A DNA stretch of 64,000 nt from a virus (IMGVR_UViG_3300024299_000001:64001-128000), one strand, 5' to 3'; shown: positions 21,301-30,021, numbered from the stretch's first letter. Notes: generated by a model not told the origin, from the letters alone. Program-made: numbers and translations.

Positions 21301-22016
21301 CCATTACTTTCAAATTTTTCGGAAGATTCCTCAGTCTTATCAGCCAAACCAAGTAACTCTATTTTTTTACATGAATTTTCATATTGGTACATAAAAGTAG
21401 TATAAAGACTTCGCTCACCTTCAGCAGCCTTAGAAGCCTTTCCCTGGAACACCCGGGCAGCAACATAAAGCAATAGGGGCTCTAGTATCCAACTAGGAAA
21501 GAATAATTCTACTTCTTCTGGATTAAAGTCATCTTCTACTACAATTTTGGGATAACTGGCCAAATAGATTAAAGTCAGAACTCTTAAAGGATCTTGAGGC
21601 GTAAGTCTTATAGTATCAAATGCTTGAGTGAACACCCCCAGATCCGGAAAACGTTTATCATTAAGATGGATTGGATCATCATCAGCATCAATAACTTCAG
21701 TAATCTTAATTATATCATCTTCAAAGGGATCATCGCTATCTTCAATTAAATAACCATTAGAGGACACAGCAGCTACAGTGCTGCTAAGGTAATCTGAACG
21801 AATTAAATAATGAGTAATACCAGTCTGTTCATAAAGATCAATTCTCTTTTCTTTAAGAGTAAAGCGCTTATAAATCTCAATAAGACCTAAATTTACATTA
21901 CTAACTATCTTGGGATATTTTTCTTCGGTAATAGTGGATAACACTGAATTGCCTAGAGCCAAATTAGAAAATTCTCCAGAGGCTAAAGTGTCAAAAAACT
22001 CTTGTAAGGTAATCAT
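21291..22016 (-). CDS. structural protein (N4 gp67 position)
   Basis: 241-aa ORF immediately downstream of the terminase. Confidence 0.4.
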   Translation of the reverse strand: MITLQEFFDTLASGEFSNLALGNSVLSTITEEKYPKIVSNVNLGLIEIYKRFTLKEKRIDLYEQTGITHYLIRSDYLSSTVAAVSSNGYLIEDSDDPFEDDIIKITEVIDADDDPIHLNDKRFPDLGVFTQAFDTIRLTPQDPLRVLTLIYLASYPKIVVEDDFNPEEVELFFPSWILEPLLLYVAARVFQGKASKAAEGERSLYTTFMYQYENSCKKIELLGLADKTEESSEKFESNGWT

Positions 22017-22043
22017 GAGTACCCTCTACGTTAAATATTTAGT

Positions 22044-23639
22044 TTACACTACATAAGAATCAATTGTTGATACATTGTCTTCCTTCTCACTTTCATAAAC
22101 ATTATTTTGGTCTTTATGCATGATCACATTATCACTTGGTCTCCATACTGTCAAACTACTCAACATAGAAATAGTATCTATAAAGTCATCGTGTTTACTC
22201 TTCATACCGCTCGGAGAAACTAATTGCAACTCATTTATGCACTCTTGCATTGGAGGGGTGTCTTTTAATTCTAAAGGAAGATACATTTTTTTAGCCTTGA
22301 ACCAAGGAACAACAATATTAAATCTAACCATTTTATGGGAGTTAGGTCTTATGCCCGGCTGGTTACTATTATTGTCAGTTGCGAGCATAAAATAAATATT
22401 ACGATCCATCATTTCACTTTGGATCCAGGGTATAAATCCACCTTGCTGGCCACTCACCTCAACACCTACTGTCTGGGGTTGCCACTTCTGAGCCAACCTA
22501 AATAAGTCATCAATGTTATGGTTCATTAACTGCTTTTTACAAATGCCATCGATCCAAAACCAAAAGCCTTTATTATTCAGGGCCCACACCGATATAACAG
22601 AAAAATCACTAGAACTCTTCTTACTGGTGGCAAAATCAGTAGTAATATAATAATTAAAGGCCCCTAAATTATTTAAGATCATTTCATGTTTATACCAACA
22701 AATATCTGAATCCTGGATTAACCTGTCTTCCTGAGACATAATTCTCAACATTAACTCCTGGTTAAACGCACTGATCTCACCATTCTCTGAGAGAGTATCA
22801 TACTCCTGCTGTACAAAGTCAAAGGTAAACCTGTCCTCCCAAGCGCCTTTAAAGTCCTCTCTGGCACAGGGAAACTCTTCACAGATCGGATATACTCTGG
22901 TATTCCAACCACTACTGCCTGCAGCTTCATATAATGGGTCTCTTTGATTAAAAGGGGTACCGGTCCATATAACCATACGCTTAGCAGGATGCATAGCCTG
23001 TCGAGCAGCTTTATATATAATATTCTTTATATCCCGGGTAATAGTAGCTGATTCAGCATTCTTATCACTCATTAAATCGTCAAAGCCTGCCCAGGATGGC
23101 CTGGTCCCATATTCTTTAAATCCTCTCACACCGGTACTGGCCCCGAACCCTCTGACACAAAATCTATGGCCGGCAGCATTAATAAACTCCCATCGGACAT
23201 CAGTAAAGTTTGCAGTAGGAATATAAGTTTTTAAGAATTCAGAATTATTATACCTGAACTCTAAATTCTTACGCATACTCTTAATACCGTTATCAATGGT
23301 GTCACTGATATACATTGCCACTGACACCTCACCAAAATCAAAGAATTCACCATATACTGCAATATATAAAAACATGTACTCATGTAGAGCAGTCGTTTTG
23401 GCACTGCCACGGAAAGACACAAATAGATTATTATTATTAGCATTTATATTATCGAGCATATCCATATGGAAGACAGGTGACTTATTTTCTTCACCTTCAG
23501 TACCATTAACTAACTTAATAAAAGTAATATAAGCCAGTGCTTCTTCTGACGGGACATAATGCTCATTGAAAAAAGAATAATTAACTTCATTAAGTAATTT
23601 TTCTAAAGATGGGTTATCTTTTAATTTATCAGTCATCAT
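22044..23639 (-). CDS. terL: terminase large subunit
   Basis: 531-aa ORF. It has a Walker-A-like segment (VSFRGSAKTTALHEYMF) and a C-terminal nuclease-type region (ITTDFATSKKSSSDFSV, KHDDFIDT). Its position matches N4 gp68. Confidence 0.85.
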   Translation of the reverse strand: MMTDKLKDNPSLEKLLNEVNYSFFNEHYVPSEEALAYITFIKLVNGTEGEENKSPVFHMDMLDNINANNNNLFVSFRGSAKTTALHEYMFLYIAVYGEFFDFGEVSVAMYISDTIDNGIKSMRKNLEFRYNNSEFLKTYIPTANFTDVRWEFINAAGHRFCVRGFGASTGVRGFKEYGTRPSWAGFDDLMSDKNAESATITRDIKNIIYKAARQAMHPAKRMVIWTGTPFNQRDPLYEAAGSSGWNTRVYPICEEFPCAREDFKGAWEDRFTFDFVQQEYDTLSENGEISAFNQELMLRIMSQEDRLIQDSDICWYKHEMILNNLGAFNYYITTDFATSKKSSSDFSVISVWALNNKGFWFWIDGICKKQLMNHNIDDLFRLAQKWQPQTVGVEVSGQQGGFIPWIQSEMMDRNIYFMLATDNNSNQPGIRPNSHKMVRFNIVVPWFKAKKMYLPLELKDTPPMQECINELQLVSPSGMKSKHDDFIDTISMLSSLTVWRPSDNVIMHKDQNNVYESEKEDNVSTIDSYVV

Positions 23640-24303
23640 TCACCAACGTACTCTCAGCAATGGTCTTAACTGAGTGTGAACCATTAAGAATAAGCTCTTG
23701 CTGTTGCTTAGCTAATTTGAGAGTAGTTTCTCTTAAAGTCCTGATAGAGTCATCCTGTTTTACTGTAATATCTAACTCCAGTTTAGAGGATTCTGGGGGT
23801 TTCAAATGAACCATTACACTGTTGGCTGCATCAGATCTTACTTTCTCTGACTTGGCATGATGCATCAGGTCAACTTGAGTATTCAAAGCATCCTGGTACG
23901 CGGGGGCATTCAGTACATGAAAGGGTACTAGTGTCTGTTCAAAAATAAGATTAACTAATTTACTCTTGTTATAGGCAGTGGTGTAACTCGCAATATCCTT
24001 TTGAGCTACACCATCTGCCAGAAAGCCTACATACTTATCCGGAAAGGTTTTGATGTAAGCATCTTTATTTGTATGACCCAATAACTTAAAACTAACATAT
24101 TTCACTGCACTGATATAGCTGGTCATCTTAAACCGGCCTTCAGTCATCACATTGGTATAGCTTAACAGGTTCTCTCGGAAATGTTCCAAAGCCTCCGGAT
24201 TCATCAGCATATCATTAATATCATCAATGATCTGAGGATTAACTAATTTCTTAACCGTTACCGGTAGTGCAGCTTTAAATTGTTCTTCAGTTATTGGGTC
24301 CAT
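23629..24303 (-). CDS. conserved protein at N4 gp69 position (possible small terminase-like partner)
   Basis: 224-aa ORF overlapping the terL start by 11 nt. The function is inferred from position only. Confidence 0.35.
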   Translation of the reverse strand: MDPITEEQFKAALPVTVKKLVNPQIIDDINDMLMNPEALEHFRENLLSYTNVMTEGRFKMTSYISAVKYVSFKLLGHTNKDAYIKTFPDKYVGFLADGVAQKDIASYTTAYNKSKLVNLIFEQTLVPFHVLNAPAYQDALNTQVDLMHHAKSEKVRSDAANSVMVHLKPPESSKLELDITVKQDDSIRTLRETTLKLAKQQQELILNGSHSVKTIAESTLVNDD

Positions 24304-24311
24304 GGTTTATC

Positions 24312-24836
24312 CTATTTTATAATCATCCAATCATCAGCCAGCATATCAGTCTGTGAAGCTAACCAGCCTGGTAACCATTTCTTATCAGCAGTCCACATTG
24401 CAATATACGGAAGCGTTACAAGGGGTGTGTCTTCACCAATCCATTTTGCGGTTCGATCATTAACCTTTCTATCTGTCCCTTGTGTTGAGAAAGGAGGTAA
24501 AGTCATTCCAGTCATAAGTACCAACCACATATCTTTACCATTCCAACCTGCCCGGGCAACCTTATGCCCAGTTTTAAGTGCTGCAATAGCTGTTCCAAAG
24601 GTCATAGAATCTTCAAGTGATTTATAAGCTGCCTCAAACACATCCATTGGGCTCCATGAGATATAATGACAACCGCTTTCCAAGGGTCCATCAAATTTAC
24701 CCTTAGCATTTGAGTAACCAACCATATAGCCATCAGCTAATGGTTCATCCGGAACATCCATTCTCTGTGAATCACAGTAATCTCCACGAGTCATAGGTGT
24801 TGCTTTAATAATTTTTGTACCAATAAACTTTTCCAT
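24312..24836 (-). CDS. DUF2829-domain protein (Tad2 family fold) with extra N-terminal domain
   Basis: The C-terminal 100 aa (MTFGTAIAALKTGHKVARAGWNGKDMWLVL ... PGWLASQTDMLADDWMIIK) match the DUF2829 signature as I know it. Confidence 0.65.
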   Translation of the reverse strand: MEKFIGTKIIKATPMTRGDYCDSQRMDVPDEPLADGYMVGYSNAKGKFDGPLESGCHYISWSPMDVFEAAYKSLEDSMTFGTAIAALKTGHKVARAGWNGKDMWLVLMTGMTLPPFSTQGTDRKVNDRTAKWIGEDTPLVTLPYIAMWTADKKWLPGWLASQTDMLADDWMIIK

Positions 24837-24844
24837 CTTTCCTC

Positions 24845-25048
24845 CTAAGCTGGTTCTAAATTATCTTCAAAATACTTACGGGCCACATACCACTGGTCAG
24901 CATGATTCTGTGGATTCCGGGCTACCATACCCATATCATTTTCAGGGTCATCTACTTCAGCTACTGAAATATCTGTTAAATCTTCTCCTTTTACATAAGG
25001 ACGCATCTCAGATAAACCTTTTCTTTTGTACTGTTTAAATTCTTCCAT
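24845..25048 (-). CDS. hypothetical small protein
   Basis: 67-aa ORF with an RBS (GGAGGAGG) upstream. Confidence 0.5.
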   Translation of the reverse strand: MEEFKQYKRKGLSEMRPYVKGEDLTDISVAEVDDPENDMGMVARNPQNHADQWYVARKYFEDNLEPA

Positions 25049-25087
25049 CTTTCCTCCTCCTTGGGTTAGTGTATAGGGTAAGTATAG

Positions 25088-25318
25088 TCAAACATTTCTT
25101 AAAAGCAAGTTTTTTATTTTTAACTCTTTTAATTCTATCTCTAATTCCTTTAAAGTATTAAAAATAAAACCATCCTTTCGTTTTGGGAGTTTAACTTTAA
25201 AATCAATACGATCCATTGGGTAATTATAGCGTTGATCAACTTTAAAATTGTAATAACCAAATTGCTGTAACAACCGTCTAAAAGGCAAAGTATTTTTATA
25301 TTTAGCATCAGCTATCAT
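25088..25318 (-). CDS. hypothetical small protein
   Basis: 76-aa ORF overlapping the upstream ORF by 4 nt. Confidence 0.45.
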   Translation of the reverse strand: MIADAKYKNTLPFRRLLQQFGYYNFKVDQRYNYPMDRIDFKVKLPKRKDGFIFNTLKELEIELKELKIKNLLLRNV

Positions 25319-25620
25319 AAAGAATTCCCCTCTATTTTAAAAGCATCTATAGTAAAATTAGCATATTGGGGCTTATTTACCTTATCCAGCAATAGGTCTT
25401 TCATCTTTAATTCGTTATTATGTTTTTTAACAGCCTCAATACATTCTTCTTCTGAACCAAAAATATAAACTAACAGCATACCTAAAGACTCAACGTATGC
25501 ATGGCATGCACAGCTGGAGTCTTCTTTGTAAACACTGGCCCCAGAACGCTTATGCTTCACAGCAAACAAGCAGTTCCTTTCCCACTTCTTATCCTGGAAT
25601 AATTCACGGTTATCAATCAT
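25315..25620 (-). CDS. hypothetical protein
   Basis: 101-aa ORF with AAGGAA upstream. Confidence 0.45.
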   Translation of the reverse strand: MIDNRELFQDKKWERNCLFAVKHKRSGASVYKEDSSCACHAYVESLGMLLVYIFGSEEECIEAVKKHNNELKMKDLLLDKVNKPQYANFTIDAFKIEGNSL

Positions 25621-25667
25621 TAAATTCCTTTGGTTTAGTTTATTTAAAATAATATTTTTTATTTATA

Positions 25668-25773
25668 CCCCTTGGGAATACACTACGCAATTTACGCCGG
25701 ACTCTCGCTGCGCTACGCTTGCTCGCCCGGTCTCATTGCTCCGTATTCCCTGCGGGTAATGGGGGTTGGTGTC
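25668..25773. other. GC-rich structured island (candidate ncRNA or protein-binding element)
   Basis: About 106 nt, markedly more GC-rich than the flanking A/T-rich DNA. It is closed by an 8-bp stem, GGGAATAC (25674-25681) with GTATTCCC (25743-25750). The interior holds GCG/AGC-rich repeats (ctcgctgcgctacgcttgctcgcc). Confidence 0.4.
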
Positions 25774-25787
25774 TTACTATATAATAT

Positions 25788-26216
25788 TTATTTTTCATTG
25801 GTTAATTCTCCTTTATTCTCCCACTGTTCAAGCACATCATCAAAAGTAGAGAAATCTGATAGAACTGCCCGGGGGTTAATCAAGTAATGCTGCTGTTTAA
25901 TCCGTCTAACTAATCCCAAACCCTCAAGGGCTTTGTAGGCCACACTTAACCGATTAATAGCAACTTTACCCTCTGGCCGGTAAACAGCAATATTAGTGTA
26001 AGGGTCTCTTGAATCAACCAACTCCCACCATAGCCAGGCTACCTGCTTAGACATAGCCTGAATGGTCTTATACAAATGTGGGTAATTCTTAACTCTGGTT
26101 TGGTAACGCATATTCCCTCCAATACAATCATAAGATGGTGTTACTACTTTATGCTTAACCTTCCGGCTAATATAAACCTCTTCATCATCTCCGATAACCT
26201 CTACAAACTGTGTCAT
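25788..26216 (-). CDS. winged-helix DNA-binding protein, paralog of 51477..51923
   Basis: 142-aa ORF. The segment KQVAWLWWELVDSRDPYTNIA...LEGLGLVRRIKQQHYLINP aligns with KPAYSLFNQLKSNRNPTNNIS...LKKQNIIKKAF...GSYIINP of the other ORF. Confidence 0.55.
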   Translation of the reverse strand: MTQFVEVIGDDEEVYISRKVKHKVVTPSYDCIGGNMRYQTRVKNYPHLYKTIQAMSKQVAWLWWELVDSRDPYTNIAVYRPEGKVAINRLSVAYKALEGLGLVRRIKQQHYLINPRAVLSDFSTFDDVLEQWENKGELTNEK

Positions 26217-26371
26217 AGTTTATCCCCTTATTTTATGGATAAACACAGCATACCATATAAAACATGTAAGTCAAGGACTATTTTCCCATAAAAAGTGTGG
26301 TAAGAAATTGTTCATAACTATTTGAAATTATTAGTGATTCGCAGATTGGTGACGTCTATATATATATTATT

Positions 26372-26397
26372 TGCGCGTACATGCGCGCGCGTATATA
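26372..26397. repeat. 26-nt perfect alternating pyrimidine-purine tract
   Basis: tgcgcgtacatgcgcgcgcgtatata alternates Y-R without interruption. It is preceded by a (TA)n run at 26357-26368. Confidence 0.8.
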
Positions 26398-26528
26398 AGA
26401 GCATGCTGCGCATACCCATGTTTCGCTACGCTCAACTAAGAGCAACTAAAACTGAACCAAAGAGAAAGAACACAAGATCGGTAGATCTGTAACCGATTAT
26501 TAAGGGTGCGCCAGAGGCGCGTAAAAAG

Positions 26529-26563
26529 AAAAAGGACCGAGTTTACCAAGCCCGATCCTTTTT
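26529..26563. terminator. bidirectional terminator-like hairpin (A-run / stem / T-run)
   Basis: aaaaaggaccgag ... cccgatccttttt pairs at 11 of 13 positions, with A5 on one side and T5 on the other. Confidence 0.45.
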
Positions 26564-26659
26564 CAACAACCACTAACCAAAAGGAGTTTAACATGTCCCA
26601 TGAGAAGACATTAACTAAAACCTATACTAATTAAATTTAACTTGCAAGTAATAAAACTA

Positions 26660-26693
26660 AAAAAGAGTAAACTAGTTAAAGTTCACTCTTTTT
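26660..26693. terminator. bidirectional terminator-like hairpin
   Basis: aaaaagagtaaac / gttcactcttttt pairs at 12 of 13 positions, with an 8-nt loop. Confidence 0.45.
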
Positions 26694-26791
26694 CAGGGAG
26701 GTTAAAAAAAGGCCCGTGAGAAACCTTAATATTACTATTATATTATATAATTACCTTAAGCAAGTAATTTTAACTTTTTGCAACTTTTCTC

Positions 26792-26975
26792 AAAAAATAA
26801 AATTTGAGTACACCGGTAGTTCTGTTTCAGGTTTTTCAGAAAAAAATAAATTAGACGTAGATGAAGTTCGGTTCCAGGTTTTTGTCAAAAAAATAAATTA
26901 CGTACAGATGAAGAGTTTGCGAGTTTTTTAAAAAAATAAAAATTACGTACACCGGTAGTTCTGCTCTGTAAAGAG
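26792..26975. repeat. four tandem A/T-rich direct repeats, 43-48 bp period
   Basis: Units start at 26792, 26840, 26887 and 26930. Each opens with AAAAAA(A)TAAA(A)TT. The first and fourth share GTACACCGGTAGTTCTG. Confidence 0.75.
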
Positions 26976-27101
26976 CCTACAACACAAACCCACCCCCGGG
27001 TGCTTAAAACTTTAGGGCTACGTTTTCATCACCCACCATCTGCCTGGCCTCTGGCTATATCAATGGCACTAACGCCACAATCCCTAGCTAGGAGATTTAT
27101 C

Positions 27102-27359
27102 ATGTTTCAAAATTTAACCCGGGTAATGACCCGTACATCCGATGTCATTGTGGACACAATGGGTGTCCTATCTATTAACATGTCCTCACTTAAAGTCATA
27201 AGCGAAGGCGGTAACGTCAAAGCTGAGGACTTCAAAGCAGCATGTATCGATGATGCTGCTCTTGCCGCTGACAAGCGTAAGTATGACATCACAAAACAAC
27301 GTATTGACCTCGATGCCGATCATCAAGCGCTTCTGGCCACTCCTAAACCTAAGAAATAA
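27102..27359 (+). CDS. first early-region protein, hypothetical (85 aa)
   Basis: The track ORF is 27000..27359. I prefer the ATG at 27102 because AGGAG lies 8 nt upstream. A strong terminator follows. Confidence 0.55.
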   Translation: MFQNLTRVMTRTSDVIVDTMGVLSINMSSLKVISEGGNVKAEDFKAACIDDAALAADKRKYDITKQRIDLDADHQALLATPKPKK

Positions 27360-27367
27360 CCCTAACC

Positions 27368-27405
27368 AGCCATACCCAGTCCATCGGGTATGGCTTTACT
27401 CTTTT
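27368..27405 (+). terminator. rho-independent terminator
   Basis: 10-bp perfect stem agccataccc / gggtatggct with an 8-nt loop, followed by ttactctttt. Confidence 0.7.
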
Positions 27406-27604
27406 ACTACACAAAGAACACATTAAGATAGTTGCTTTAAGATTGCTGTTTAGCTCCGTGCGTAAGAGGTCGTAATTACCTGTAATAACACTGTTATTTA
27501 AATGTTTACACTGTTTAGCTTGATTTAACATAGTTCATCACTCCGACCATCGGTCACTATACCTACCCGACATACTAACACCTTCAGTCTGTATCAACAC
27601 CTCT

Positions 27605-27628
27605 ACCTCCGGTTATATAAACGGATAG
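27605..27628 (+). promoter_or_regulatory. hairpin promoter-like motif, copy 1 (vRNAP-type)
   Basis: acCTCCGGttatataaacggatag. The template strand reads CC-GGA-GG. It shares the downstream consensus CCGG-YY-ATAT-NAAN-GG-R-AGTA with the other copies. Confidence 0.45.
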
Positions 27629-27713
27629 TTGTTATAAAGGCAAGTTCATCCATGTGACATATCTCCGTAACGAGATATATGCACGTTGAACTAGCAAAGC
27701 ATAACAACTGTTC
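27623..27713 (+). other. about 90-nt extended hairpin immediately downstream of promoter-like copy 1 (candidate early ncRNA)
   Basis: Three stacked stems. Outer: agttgttat (27627-27635) with ataacaact (27701-27709). Middle: gttca with tgaac. Inner: catatctc with gagatat around the loop cgtaac. No ORF is present. Confidence 0.4.
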
Positions 27714-28029
27714 CTTTGCTAGAAAGACATTACCGCCGAACGGCAATGAGCGGTAGTATCATGCATCGAAACTATAAATAAAGCCGACAAGCTTAGTGCA
27801 CTTGGAACTCCCAACGCACTAATTCACACCTTGGACCGTGTGTCTTAAATTACTAACCAGTTGGTTAGTCCATTATTTGATTGACCAGAATGGGGAGGTG
27901 TTTGAAAAGAATATGCATAGCTCGTTGCTTAATAACTGCAAGCATATCACCTAAATCTACATTGGTCTAATCATCTTAAAGCTATAACCTCTGGGCAAGG
28001 TTAAAAGAATACTGCCCATTAACTTGCCC

Positions 28030-28055
28030 AACCTCCGGTTATATCAATGGAAGTA
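28030..28055 (+). promoter_or_regulatory. hairpin promoter-like motif, copy 2
   Basis: aaCCTCCGGttatatcaatggaagta, with a 4-bp stem AACC/GGTT and a 3-nt loop. It lies about 45 nt upstream of the 28101 ORF. Confidence 0.5.
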
Positions 28056-28100
28056 TTAATACTTCTTTAAACTAATTACTACTAATAGGAGCTACCAACC

Positions 28101-28274
28101 ATGCGTAATACTCAAACTGAAGAACTAACCAACTTACTCAATAATATTAATATTACTAACTTTCAAAAACAAATTAAAGCCTTTGATATTACTAAAAATC
28201 AATTCTTCTTTATTGATAAAGATACAGTTATTCATGCTTATTGTATTAAAGGTATTTGGTACTGCAAAGCTTAA
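28101..28274 (+). CDS. hypothetical small early protein (57 aa; below the ORF-track cutoff)
   Basis: ATG at 28101 with AGGAG 9 nt upstream. Translation: MRNTQTEELTNLLNNINITNFQKQIKAFDITKNQFFFIDKDTVIHAYCIKGIWYCKA. Confidence 0.5.
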   Translation: MRNTQTEELTNLLNNINITNFQKQIKAFDITKNQFFFIDKDTVIHAYCIKGIWYCKA

Positions 28275-28347
28275 TAATTATACCTTTCTAATTAAATTAT
28301 AAGTGTGGGCCTAACCGGGCTCACACATTAACCAAAGGAGATAGACC

Positions 28348-28554
28348 ATGCGTAACCAAATCGGAGCACGTTACCTACATCACTGCATCAATCGTACTGA
28401 TAAGTCATTCAATGGCATCATTAACATTGCCAACCGACAATATGTTAGACTATCAGCAACTACCCTTAAACGCACTAAAACAGGAGACTTAAATAATGGA
28501 AAATCATTCAAGCAGTTCAGAAAATACAAAGAAAATAACCAGGTTTTGGGATGA
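28348..28554 (+). CDS. hypothetical small early protein
   Basis: 68-aa ORF with AAGGAG upstream. It overlaps the start of the next gene. Confidence 0.45.
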   Translation: MRNQIGARYLHHCINRTDKSFNGIINIANRQYVRLSATTLKRTKTGDLNNGKSFKQFRKYKENNQVLG

Positions 28555-29032
28555 CCTTAAATCCGGGCATTTTGCGTCTATGATCAAGGAATCCAGTAAG
28601 GGCAATGCTTTATCAAATGCCCAGGAGGTCTGTAATATCATGAAGCCTTTCTTTGCCAGGCATGACGACATCGAAAAAATGTACTGTATCTTACTGGATG
28701 CCAAAAATCACATCATTGCTATCGAAAAGATGTTTTCTGGCTCAATCACAAGTTCCGCAGTATACCCCAGAGAAATTGTAAAAAAGGTGTTGAAAAATAA
28801 AGCTGCAGCAATAATTTTGACACATAACCACCCGTCGGGCTCCACAAAGCCATCATCTGAAGATCTTATGATTACAGCACGAATTGGAATTGCACTTTCA
28901 AGCATTGATGTAACCTTGCATGACCATCTGATTATTGGAGAAAATTATTACAGTTTTTCTGAACAGGGATGGTTAGAGAAAACAAACCAAAAATATCAGG
29001 ATTTCATCTTTGCCAGCATCATAGCAGATTAA
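28496..29032 (+). CDS. RadC-like JAB/MPN domain protein
   Basis: JAMM signature ILTHNHPSGSTKPSSEDLMIT followed by LHDHLII, in a 178-aa ORF. Confidence 0.75.
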   Translation: MENHSSSSENTKKITRFWDDLKSGHFASMIKESSKGNALSNAQEVCNIMKPFFARHDDIEKMYCILLDAKNHIIAIEKMFSGSITSSAVYPREIVKKVLKNKAAAIILTHNHPSGSTKPSSEDLMITARIGIALSSIDVTLHDHLIIGENYYSFSEQGWLEKTNQKYQDFIFASIIAD

Positions 29033-29119
29033 ACCCAGTTCAATAAAAATTAATAGAAACCTTTTGGAGTTGTTCCAAAGGGTTTTTTGTTTTTGAATTA
29101 ATAACCAAGGAGAAGACCA

Positions 29120-29395
29120 ATGGCCAAAAAGCCTCATAACATTAAATTACAAGGCATCCTTCCTGACGGTCATATTGCTAAAACATCTGATGCTGACCAA
29201 GTATCAGCCTTCGTATCAATTGACCGCAAAGTATCTGTGGTAATACGCCCAGACAGAGCATTCCTTAGAACTCCCAAGGGTCACTATCAGCTTACCAAAC
29301 ATAAGAGTGCCAACCGGTACCAAGGCATTGTAGAGGGAAATAAAACCCACATAACCACCAAATTAATAGTTGGTAAAGTAATATGGTGGGCATAA
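29120..29395 (+). CDS. hypothetical protein
   Basis: 91-aa ORF with AAGGAG upstream. Confidence 0.5.
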   Translation: MAKKPHNIKLQGILPDGHIAKTSDADQVSAFVSIDRKVSVVIRPDRAFLRTPKGHYQLTKHKSANRYQGIVEGNKTHITTKLIVGKVIWWA

Positions 29396-29417
29396 CTACA
29401 ACAGCTGGAGGTCGAAC

Positions 29418-29445
29418 AGGCCTCCGGCTATATCTTTGGGTATTA
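29418..29445 (+). promoter_or_regulatory. hairpin promoter-like motif, copy 3
   Basis: aggCCTCCGGctatatctttgggtatta. The CCTCCGGC is also the 3' arm of a larger 8-bp hairpin with GCTGGAGG (29404-29411), so this site may act as terminator and promoter. Confidence 0.4.
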
Positions 29446-29467
29446 ATATTAAATAAAGGAGATAGTT

Positions 29468-29659
29468 ATGAAACTCTATGAACCCGTTGAACTCGGTGAA
29501 ACCATTAAAGCCGGTTATCAATTTAAACGCCGAGGAGAGAATACCTGGGTTAGCTTAGATCAGTCTTCGATCGATAGCTTTGTTGCAATAACCAAGAAAC
29601 CTATTATCTATGATGCCCTTGATCGTCTTTGTCGTAAACCATTAAAGGAGTTTGAATAA
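29468..29659 (+). CDS. hypothetical protein
   Basis: 63-aa ORF with AAGGAG upstream. Confidence 0.5.
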   Translation: MKLYEPVELGETIKAGYQFKRRGENTWVSLDQSSIDSFVAITKKPIIYDALDRLCRKPLKEFE

Positions 29660-29745
29660 TGTGCAACAGGTACTGCTCATCCAAAAGAAATTAAAATATC
29701 ATTACAAACAACAATAGTTTAATTATAAATAAAGGAGTAATTATT

Positions 29746-30021
29746 ATGGTTCAGTCATTTTGGGACAGGCCTTCACCGGTTCTTACTCAACAAGAGTTAA
29801 AAAACTGTGAAACAGTACTTGCACAAATAAAAATAGATGGTAAATCTTCTTTATGCCCCATTAATACAAAATGTGAAAGTATTTGCTGTAAACTCTTTCC
29901 AGAATTACCTGACTATACATGTCCTTGTGGGTCTCAGTATAAACCCTTGCATCTTATCCGCGTACTTAATAAGTTAATCAGAGAGAATACTTACCGATTA
30001 AATAAAACAAAAGGAGACTGA
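29746..30021 (+). CDS. Cys-rich hypothetical protein
   Basis: 91-aa ORF with AAGGAG upstream. It contains eight Cys, including a CPC and a CC pair. Confidence 0.5.
   Translation: MVQSFWDRPSPVLTQQELKNCETVLAQIKIDGKSSLCPINTKCESICCKLFPELPDYTCPCGSQYKPLHLIRVLNKLIRENTYRLNKTKGD

Noticed and set aside
25672-25887. Track ORF 25672..25887 (71 aa, +)
   Set aside because: It is produced by the GC-rich island and then runs antisense into the 3' end of the wHTH gene. It has no RBS.
26716-26931. Track ORF 26716..26931 (71 aa) in the divergent region
   Set aside because: It lies entirely within the A/T-rich tandem repeats, has no RBS, and its peptide repeats reflect the DNA repeats.
27000-27101. The upstream part of track ORF 27000..27359
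   Set aside because: It has no RBS at 27000 and begins inside the control region. The ATG at 27102 has a well-spaced AGGAG.
27400-28100. tRNA genes in the hairpin-dense leader
   Set aside because: Several stem-loops are present, but I could not assemble a cloverleaf. No GTTCRANYC T-loop box and no acceptor/anticodon arrangement were found by eye. A tRNAscan-SE run would settle this.
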